A stretch of 32,461 nt of DNA from Paraglomus brasilianum (taxonomy: Eukaryota), in assembly GCA_910592345.1 (NCBI GenBank), contig CAJVPI010000012.1, positions 62,001 through 94,461 of the forward strand. The letters are read 5' to 3'. Positions 23,212-32,461 of the stretch are shown here, piece after piece; the first letter of the stretch is position 1; every line of letters starts with the position of its first letter. The position numbers were made by a program, and so were the translations under genes. Under the pieces are notes generated by a model. It saw nothing but the letters and a program-made list of their open reading frames with translations. It was not told where the DNA came from and did not search any database.

Positions 23212-25413
23212 CCTCTATCGCCATCTGTTGCCTCTGGTACGAGATAAAAATAACTAATCGAATTGGGATTGAGATTTCGTATGTGGGAACCCAGCTGGTT
23301 GGCTAGTCAAAAAAGAAAAGATAAAGACAGTATTTTTAGTAACAAACAATAGCTTTCTTTGGGTTTCTGAGTGCAAAACATTCGTGATCGAATTTTGGAA
23401 TTATTTTGGCTCAACGCTATTATCGCTAATATCACGACTGGAAGTTTGAACCAAGTGCATTTTTTATTCACAGTTTAAATGTATCGATACATTTGTTTAC
23501 ATCAAAAATAGACTACGCATCTCAGAAATAACCTTTACCAATTAAACAATAATATCGAGAATATACTACTTACTGGAATAGTGTAGCAAAAATTTCTGAG
23601 CGTGTTTGCTAAATACCAAGACGAGAATAGGTGTATGGTCTATATTGGTTTTGAATTGAGCTATCGTATGTTTAGGTATTGTATGCCGATACTCGTGGTT
23701 CGATATCACATTATATACATGCACTAAAGATTGCCGTATGGAATGTTTCTTTGTTAACATCACGTTGCCTTAATGCAGCCGTATGTCATTTCTATCTTTC
23801 AATAGCATGATTCATTTTACAAAATAATATGTATAAAATGTTTCGCCTCGTATAGTAGCATCTCACGTAATTCATGTTTTCCCAACCATCTTGACTTTTC
23901 AATCTTGATAATGAGGAAAGTATCAACAGAGGAATATCAGGACGTTCGACTAACTACAGACAGTGAACACATGAAAGTCTGAAGTATGGGAGTGAGAAAA
24001 CAAAGTATAATCCTGAGAGAATTAGATATCAGAATTGTGTTCCGTAATTAGCGTTTTGCGCCCGGATAAATATAGATCATTTAGTGACGCCAAAGAATCG
24101 TGGGAATATTAAAGTAGACATTAAATTAGCTGCTCGTAATTCGTAAACACGGTAGAATAAATAGAATTAGCGTCCTTTAAAGATTGATTTGATTACCGGA
24201 ATATAGATAAGTACTAATTATAATTAAGATTAAAATTTAATCTGCGGAACAAAGACACGTCATACATATCTATCCATTTAGTTTCCGCGTACTCTTTATA
24301 TAAACTCTTCTCTATCTAGTGTTTATCTCTTTACTACGAATTAGTCTTCTCTGCTCAATCACCTGTAGAAAGGTTGCCGCAACACGGCAATTTACACTGC
24401 AGTAACAGTAGATTGGCATTCTCATTTTACAGCACGCTATTTTAATTTGCGTCATGGCGCAATTGTAACACAAATAATATTATTAACGTGTAATTCCTCA
24501 CGCTAATTATTCGAACGTCAGAGGAATAAATAGAACAAGAGTTAATAATCAACAGATCGCAATATACTGTTTACGGACACTTTCTTATTATGTAAATGTC
24601 TGCCAATTGTTGCCACATCTAAAAGTATGAGTGATAACAAAACGATATGTCGCGAAACCATGGGTAAATCTGACCTCTAAAGAAACAATATTCTTTATGG
24701 TCACAAGATTGGACATTCCTTGGAAAGATAAGAAATCTCGATCAATTCGATCGCTCTCAGGTCCTGACCTTAACTCAATAGAAAATCTATGACATGGGAT
24801 TAAACGAAGGCTTAAGAAAAACTTACTGGGCTTGAACGACTTTTGAAAAAAGTTTTTTTTGGAGGTCGATTCCTCAAGATAAAATATGCCACGACGAGTT
24901 CAAAAATCAATTCAATAGTGTAGAAACACGTTTTATTCTTGTAAGACATCGTACCGTAGTTAAAAAAGTGTCTAGTGTTAGACTAGGATAGATTTCCATT
25001 CCTGCGTTTTGATATCCGAAAAAAAAGTCACTTTACATTTGTTTGACGCTGAATAAACCTTCGGCAAATTAATAGTGCGGCACGATTGAAATTCTCGTAT
25101 CGCAAGCGAGTCTGAATAATTGGATTCACTAATAGCGTCTCATATATGCACAGGTTTATAAATAAGGACTCAAAGCAAGTAACGGATGCAAATGCCTGAA
25201 AGGTGATGATATCAAGTAAATTGTATCAAAGTACCCAATTCTGCATTAGATAGCAGACTTCTGAATGAAAGAATACAGTGGAGGTTTTACACTAGCCTCT
25301 GATGTAATATTATTCAGATGTATATGATACAGAAGATGAGTTGTAATGTTACACGGTTACGATATCCATAACCTAATGTTGTAAAGTAATATATATATAA
25401 GCTCTCGGATTTT

Positions 25414-27215
25414 TCATCCATCTATTTGGATAGTCACATGGCTAAGATTATACTTCTTCTTTAACAAATATCTAGCTTGCTGGAGAATCTTCGCCGGAGA
25501 AGGAGGAGATGAGTGAATATCAGGATCATACTGGTGAAGTCTGATATGAGCAGTTAGGCTTGCCTAAAATGAAACAAATTAGCTTACGCAAATTATGACA
25601 ATAGTTGAAACTATTGAAGTACTGACCCTGCCAACAGTCAATTCCCATACTGCCATGCAATTAACAGATACATTGAATATTAGCGAAAAAATTAATATGT
25701 TACAATTTGCCAAATTTACCGAAAAAACTCACTGTGTAAGTCGTGTATATTCTTTACGCCTTCTATATTCTCTAAATCTTGCCTCACAGCTTGGCAATCA
25801 ATATGTGATGGAGTGCCTAATCATAAGTAATTAGCTTCAAACTTCTAGATTTATCATATCTTGCATGTGTCTCCACTCACCTTCCATCAGTATTCTAATA
25901 CCAGCCCTCAAGACACCGAACGTTGTGGCTATCACAAGCGCGGAGAATGCAAATGTGCATATAGGGTCGACCCAAACTTTATCCGGGCTGACCATTATAA
26001 CGATGGCTGAAATGAGGACACCTATTGACGATAAGAGATCGCCCAAGACGTGCAACATTGCAGCGCTAACATTAATACTGCCTTGGTTTCTACAGGTGGT
26101 TTCTTCCAACACCTGGTCGTGATTATGATTATGGCCATGGTTAAGGTTATGGTCATGGCCGTGTTCGCGCAATATAAGCATTAGTCTGATAAAGCGATAA
26201 TGAGGTTAATGATATATAATACAAGATTACATGATGATGGTAACAAATTGTGTGAGATATGACCAATTTTCAATTGACTTACACGACATTAACACCAACT
26301 CCAATGGCCGCGATAAGACACATAGTCTTACCGTCTATCTCATGAGGATTTTTCAAACGTTCTATTGCTTCCATTACAAGATACCCGGTTAGGCCCCAGA
26401 TTATGAATACTGAAATAAGCGCACCCAAGATCTCAGCACGATGATAACTAAAATAGAGTAAGCGAAGATGGCGGCCTATGTGTCAGCAGTAAGGTCATCT
26501 GTATCTTTATGAGTGTGAAGATATCCATACTAACCCATAAGAGAGATCTACAAAGCAAAAAACTCATTTAGTTGTATCAGAAATTAAGATTGATTATTGC
26601 CACTTGAAGTACTTACTCTTAGTCGCCGGTCGTCGTGCGAGATATATTGACAGAAGACTTATTGCAAAACTGACGACGTCTGAGGATATCGCCATTAAAT
26701 TAGTCACCATGCTAGCATAACGTCCGATCCAGTCGGCTAATTTTCTTCTTAATATCTGATTTGCGTCACTTACCACTTAGTAAATGAAACGAATCGCTGA
26801 GAAGGGCCAGACTCCCCGAAATGAACCCCCCCACTAGTTCACATACGAAAAATATTGATGACAATAATATTGCGCACCATAACTTAAACGCATATTTGTT
26901 TGGACCTTTATATATCCCTTCATGGTCGTCATCACTTAATCCGCATCTATCGTCATCACCATCAAAATGAGGGCCTTCGAATGATGTATAACATAACAGA
27001 GGAGCTGAAGCAGATATTTCTGTTGGATTATCAGTATACGGCTCATATATCTCATCAGAAACACTTGATTCCGATGTCTCGAAATTGAAGACTGCGTCGT
27101 TGGGTGAAGCGATATGCATAGGCGAGCCAGGAGAAACGAGATGTCTGGAACCATTCTCTCTGTTTATTTCGAGTTCGAGGGTTTCTTCTTCCAGAGAATT
27201 ATTTGATGCGCTCAT
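25414..27215 (-). CDS. Cation diffusion facilitator (CDF/SLC30, ZnT2/MTP1-like) zinc transporter (414 aa, 8 exons including 13-nt and 23-nt microexons)
   Basis: Exons 27215-26774, 26679-26617, 26547-26535, 26447-26283, 26185-25881, 25816-25733, 25649-25627, 25563-25414 total 1245 nt. Motifs are SLALLSDSFHLLSD (TM2), SYGYHRAEILGAL, His-rich loop HGHDHNLNHGHNHNHD, NVSAAMLHVLGD (TM5), DPICT, ILMEGTP, HDLHIWEL and HVTIQID. Confidence 0.95.
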
Positions 27216-28213
27216 TTCTTTTTTCACAGATTCTAAAATAGTGGCTTCACGTAAGTGAGGGAGGGGCAAGGTAATAATAATAGTCGAAAACAATACACGG
27301 GGAAATGAGATCCAATGGGAAAGCGGTAATAAACAATTCCAGGGGTGTTTTAACTATCAGTCGAGCCATTGCTGGAAATACTCAAGCTTATAGCGTCAAC
27401 GAGGTATAAAATTATCTTTGGGACAATGCGATAGTTTAGTCCGATATAACGATAAATTTGTCCAAAACAACCTTATTGTTATCAAATTTGGCTCGCCACA
27501 TCATAATATCACAATCTTAACTATTAGATCGATACGTGTATGGTATAGTAATAACTAATGTAGCAATATATTTCTATACCCAATGTTTGTGCGATCAATA
27601 ACTTCAATGTCTAAGAGCCAATCGGCATCTAAGAGCAAGAAGGTGATAATATGAAAAACGTCATGAATGTCATACGCAAGCCACCTTATCCCAAACTCCA
27701 ATTATATATCGAGGTTGGAATTTCAATCAACCATAATATATATTAATATACGACCAACGAAGAATTAACATAAAGTATTGGATGCAAATACACTAACCAT
27801 AAAGCCGCACCTCCAAAACATAATATTAATACAGAGCTGTCTAGCAAGTGCAGCTACGGCCTTAATTGACACGTAGCAAGCCCGCAAGCTAAATTTGAGA
27901 TATCACAAAAGGTTTGCCTGCCGTATGTCTTACAGATTGATCGGAACACATATATCACCAGTTTCGTCCTTCAGAATGACCAGGTTCGAGCTCTTAGGCA
28001 TGAACATCACACGCCGTATCATATGCATAACCTACATTAATATGAAAAGTACAAAGGGCAAAGAGTCTACTTTCGACAGGTCACTGTCACCTTTATTAAA
28101 CCAGATATTTACAATAAATTGATATTATAACAGTTTGCAGAATAGTGGATTACCAAAAATTCTGAAGTTAAAAATACTCTAAGTATTCCCGATTTATTGT
28201 GATTTTAACTTTG

Positions 28214-30077
28214 CTAAGAATTGCCAATCAATCCAACGCTATGCTTAACCCAATCACGCGTAAACAAGCTTGCCTTTAAAAATTTCTTAGCAGCATATTT
28301 TTTCTCGAAGGCATCACTCTTCCGCGGCCTACGAAGAAAATCGACCATCAGATCTACCACTGGGCGTAATTCTTCTTCAGTATAGTACGAATAGTGAACC
28401 AAGTTATTGTTCTATTGATCAATACAGATGCGAAATTAGTTTAGTAATTAAGACAAAAGAAAGTAATTCGGTGCTTACCCATTCACCACGATTAAGCATT
28501 TTCCGAGCCAAATACAAGGCAGCGGCAGCAGCCATAGATGGAGCGGTTCCTAGAAAACGATTGTCGAACAGACTTATCTCCATGAGATACTTTGCGATCG
28601 TACGTGTCTGAATATCATAATCATCAGCTTTTGAAACGCGCCGGAGGAAATTCATGGGATTTGGGTAGCAGAGACGAAAATCGAGTACTTGTAATACATA
28701 TCTCTCTGCTTTCAAAATCTCTTTATCGGAGTAACCACCATCTGCCATATACACGAAATTTTTTACAGATGGGGCAACAACCTCTTCATATTTTGAAGCG
28801 ATAAACATCGCAGTTATGCCAACTAGTTGTAACTTGACGAGAGAAACAACTCTGAGAGAAAGAAAGCGGTCGACGATGTTAACAGCCAGGTAAAGAGTTT
28901 CCGGCAATAGTCGGAAATTAGAGTGTATTTCAACAAGCCAATCCACTAGAATAGTGCGCATTTTCCAACCGAGTTCTTTCTGATTGTCCATATAATTAGA
29001 ATTAGGCATCGTTTGTTTCTAGATATTTGCGATCGATTTGAAACAATACCCATATAATAGATAAATACAGATTATAAAGTGATTAGGGTCTGTCAACGTT
29101 TAACGTTTAAGCCATCTCATCGAGACAGGTAATCAATCAATTGTCATGAATTTCTTTTATTCTTACCTCCAGTTCTCTCAAATAATCAAAAATCTCAACG
29201 ACATATTCAGAGACCATCAACGGGTCATTAAAATCATCGGCATCCAGATCATCCCATCTTTGAACCTTTGCCTTCTTGGCTCGCAGTCTGTCAAGTTCGG
29301 CTTCATAAGCTTCTGCTTCGTGGACGTGCTGCTTTAGTGAACTTGTGTCTATACTGTGCGAAATATCTGTCACAGGATCGGGCAATTTTACAGTGTTCTG
29401 CATAGCTGCTGCAGCACGCTTACGACTTAAGAACCTTGCTTGTTGCTTGTGTTGTATTATCGATGAGATTGTACTTGATGCAATCTCCTTTTGAAGAACA
29501 GCCACGTTTGCAGAAACCGTCTCTTTCTTGACCACAGGAACATTATTTGCAGATAATTCTTTTAACGGTGCATGTTTAGGGGCAACGACGTCGTCCGCGC
29601 GTGTGAGAAGTTGACTCTCATTTGGAACAGGTATACCGCTGACAACACGTCTGCGTACAGCTTGACGATTAACAGGTTTAACCGCTTTGCCAACAACAGG
29701 TACCGCTTCTTTGACTAGTGCCAGCTTTGACTTATCATCAGTTATTGTGGCTTGTTTACTTACACTGCTAGAAGTATTACTGACATCCCCAAGTGCTGGG
29801 CGTCTTAAACGTGACAGGGTAGTGGTCCTATGAGAAAGTGGTGCTGTAGAAATTTGAACACTTTCTTTCGCTAACTGCCGCACATCAGTAACATTTTCGT
29901 TACTTTCCGTAACAGGCTGCTTAATAAGTTTGCGCTGCTGATATATTGCAATGCTTTGCTTAGTTGAGAACTCAATAGAACATCACCGTAGACATGTGCA
30001 AGTCAGAAGCATCATATAATCAATTAAATTCATGACCAAACAACAAGTACCTGCTGAACTTGTCTGTTTGTAAACAT
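28214..30077 (-). CDS. G2/M B-type cyclin (Cdc13/Clb2-like; ~511 aa, 4 exons)
   Basis: Exons 30077-30051, 29937-29167, 29018-28479, 28411-28214 total 1536 nt. Motifs are the destruction box RPALGDVSN, DPLMVSEYV, cyclin box MRTILVDWLVEIH...FRLLPETLYLAVNIVDRFLS...KLQLVGITAMFIASKYEE, and PNPMNFLRRVSKAD. The 27-nt first exon is the least certain part. Confidence 0.95.
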
Positions 30078-30410
30078 TTTTAGACAACTCGCTGAATGCC
30101 TGAAGAGGCAAGAGAAGTTGATAAAACACGCGGTAGTTTTCGTTGGAATAAGCTTGTTTATTCTTATCACCTGTTTCAGTATTCTGCGACGCGCCACTTA
30201 CTGTAGCAAGCCGTCTGTCCAAAACAGATAATGCGCAACGGAATATACAACGTGATAAGATAACCGAAACTGAGTTAATACAATGCTACACTTGAAGGGC
30301 GAAGAGAAAGACTTATCAATTGACATATATAAATGGATTAAAGGCTACCGCTTTTAGCAATACAGGAGAATTGATGCCAGATATTTACCAAACACGTGAT
30401 TAAAACTACT

Positions 30411-30420
30411 CGCGACGCGT
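30411..30420. promoter_or_regulatory. CGCGACGCGT: MCB-type (ACGCGT) cell-cycle element upstream of the cyclin gene
   Basis: Exact MluI box at 30415-30420 with an adjacent CGCG, ~340 bp upstream of the cyclin ATG. A forkhead-like TGTTTAT lies near 30155. Confidence 0.4.
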
Positions 30421-30496
30421 TGCTTCGTACAAATAAGGTATTCCCCGAATGAATAATTAGACGCAGGCTATATAAAGTCAACAATAATTCAGGGGC

Positions 30497-30578
30497 CCAA
30501 GTACCCAATGGGAACACCTTTAGCGTTCAATTGTAGGTGTTGGCAAATAAAGAACGCAAAACTCCAAGTACCCAATGG
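30497..30578. repeat. 15-bp exact direct repeat CCAAGTACCCAATGG (30497-30511, 30564-30578)
   Basis: Read directly; the period is 67 bp. Confidence 0.8.
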
Positions 30579-30824
30579 CTTATTAATGAATTATGCAGTT
30601 ATGACTTTTGTCTAGATTTGTTTTTGCAACAGTCACATTTTTTATGTTTTACTATTCAATCTTGATATAAAGAAAGACATCTCCCAACTTTTAAAGCATT
30701 ATCATAGAAACGTCAGCACATACATGATGATTATTAGAAATAGTAATAGTAGTAGGAAGACATTTTAAATACATTACCGAAGAACACTTTGAATTGATAT
30801 TTGTTATGTAGTTTTGGACTTTCA

Positions 30825-30848
30825 ACTAATACTAATACTAATACTAAT
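30825..30848. repeat. (ACTAAT)4 hexanucleotide microsatellite
   Basis: Four perfect copies were read directly. Confidence 0.85.
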
Positions 30849-30904
30849 AGTGCGTGGATTTGATGTCGACGGCGGCACAGCTGTACACAAACGAAATCTA
30901 AGAT

Positions 30905-31186
30905 TTGCATTGGTCGATACCCTTATTTATATCACCTGATATTAATTTACACAGTTTAGCCGATTTCAATAGATCGTTAAAGATTGAACCGAATGATGCA
31001 TGGACATTGAAAAAGAGGGCGAATGTCTATCTTGTGAGTAACCAGTATAAAGATGCTATGAACGATCTCAACAAGTCATTGAATATTAAACCAGGAAATG
31101 CACGGGCATTAAAATTAAGGGAAGAGGTCCAGGTTTTGCTTGAAAAACAAGGATTATACATACTTTTGTTGACAGTTCATCTCTAA
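30905..31186 (+). pseudogene. Orphan tetratricopeptide-repeat (TPR) gene fragment (~1.5 TPRs)
   Basis: LADFNRSLKIEPNDAWTLKKRANVYLVSNQYKDAMNDLNKSLNIKPGNARALKLR matches the TPR consensus. The ORF starts at TTG, and a possible acceptor TTTACACAG ends at 30954, but no convincing upstream exon or ATG was found. Confidence 0.6.
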
Positions 31187-32461
31187 ATCTAATTAAATTT
31201 TTATGTACCTAAGAATCGAGTAAACAATAGTATATAATACATGGGACCGTTAAGAACCCTCAACGAAGATAAAGCCAATTTTTATCTAGAGTACAGTAAT
31301 ATCATATGGCAACTAAAGCAAATTCTTTGAAGATTGATCTTATTATTAGTAGACATTGAGAGCGCGACCGGGGTTTTGGATTGCCGTTAGCATTTCTTCT
31401 TTACATATAACACAATAACATATTAATATGATATCTATTACATAAACAATCAACTTGTATTATAGGGACAAGCAACCAAAGGACGCCCTATGAACTTGTG
31501 TTTGGACAAGAAGCTTGTTCTGGTTTTGCTTTGATAAAGTTATACGATCAAGACATAAGGGGCGAGGAAGAATAACAGACAATGTGGCTGTGTAAATAAT
31601 TAGAATATAAGAGAGGGTTAAAAGAAAGCGTTGTGTCAAATAACTCTGCAAGCAAGCAACGATAAAGACAATGATGAGAGTGGGCGCGATGTACCTGAAT
31701 CTGAAAGTTCTCCAATGCCATCCTATTGTTGCTTTCTGCTTTCGCGTTTACATCTTACAGCGTCAATTTCACATTTTGGCACGACAATATTAATATATAC
31801 AAAAAACGGACATTTCTCCATCCCATTGAGAGTAATTGAGAAAAACAGTCATGCGTGCTAATGGCATCGAAGTTACACGAACCGGAATTCGACTGCATTT
31901 AATATTAAGCTGAAAAGAAGAATATATAAATTGCACATAGGTATGTCTGTTTGGTGGTATATGAAAAAAGAGATACCATATTTCCGTGTCTCTTGCATCT
32001 CCAATTATCCTAAACACACTTCAAGGTGTTGCAACGGAATTTTACGACTAACAAAAAATTCGGTCGTGGCTGGTCATCCAATAGTACAGTCAAACCTCAA
32101 TATAGTAAAGTTTCGATACAGTGAATTTCGCGCTATAGTAAAGATACAAAAATAGTATTATTAATTTCCCCACGATACAATGAAGTTATATAGTAAGTCT
32201 CGTTATTAGATATAGTCAAAGTTTTCTCAGTGAACCTGATGGATTTGACCAATCATAATACAAACACGTGTTGATTAAAAGTATGTGTTACGTCTTTCTT
32301 GTTTTTTATACACTACCCTACAATAAATTACCGGATTTCATATTTTTTTACTAGTAAAGCATATGAAAAGTCTTTTTTTTTTCAAAAATCTCTCCTGCCC
32401 ATGTGGACTATGTGAATGACAATAGTTTTTGTATGGTTTTGAAGCTAATTAATTGTGCTTA

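Noticed and set aside
25203..25302. Possible box C/D snoRNA (GTGATGA at 25203, CTGA at 25261 and ~25299); a similar lone C box occurs near 12693
   Set aside because: No convincing terminal stem and no rRNA-complementary guide I could recognise. A snoscan/Infernal search would be needed.
29935..29940. NAGNAG (CAGCAG) tandem acceptor in cyclin intron 1
   Set aside because: It would add or remove a single Gln in a disordered N-terminus; common and likely neutral.
9271..30077. F-box protein, RPN9 and cyclin B in one window suggesting a proteolysis/cell-cycle cluster
   Set aside because: They are interspersed with unrelated genes. Such co-occurrence is unremarkable in a compact fungal genome.

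Overview
Eukaryotic (fungal) genomic DNA: AT-rich, with short GT-AG introns of roughly 65-225 nt and CTAAC/CTAAT-type branch points. The gene families (expanded-type TPR repeat, myristoylated class I methyltransferase, animal/plant-type aminoacylase-1, cysteine-free secreted repeat proteins) suggest an early-diverging fungus of the Mucoromycota, plausibly an arbuscular-mycorrhizal Glomeromycotina species; this is inference, not proven. I manually spliced 11 intact genes. In order they are: an uncharacterised low-complexity RGG/RD/QY protein with a probable GC-AG intron, V-ATPase subunit D (VMA8), aminoacylase-1, an F-box/LRR protein, an uncharacterised type I membrane protein, proteasome lid subunit RPN9, a secreted Kex2-site Pro-rich repeat protein, a SAM methyltransferase, a secreted Gly/Asn-rich four-repeat protein, a CDF zinc transporter with two microexons, and a B-type cyclin. 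There is also an orphan TPR fragment. No rRNA, tRNA, CRISPR array or recognisable transposon was seen. The most interesting part is the gene-sparse block at about 15.3-25.4 kb. It holds two intronless, Cys-free secreted repeat proteins, one a candidate beta-solenoid or functional amyloid and the other a candidate SP7-like or Kex2-processed effector, on either side of the methyltransferase.
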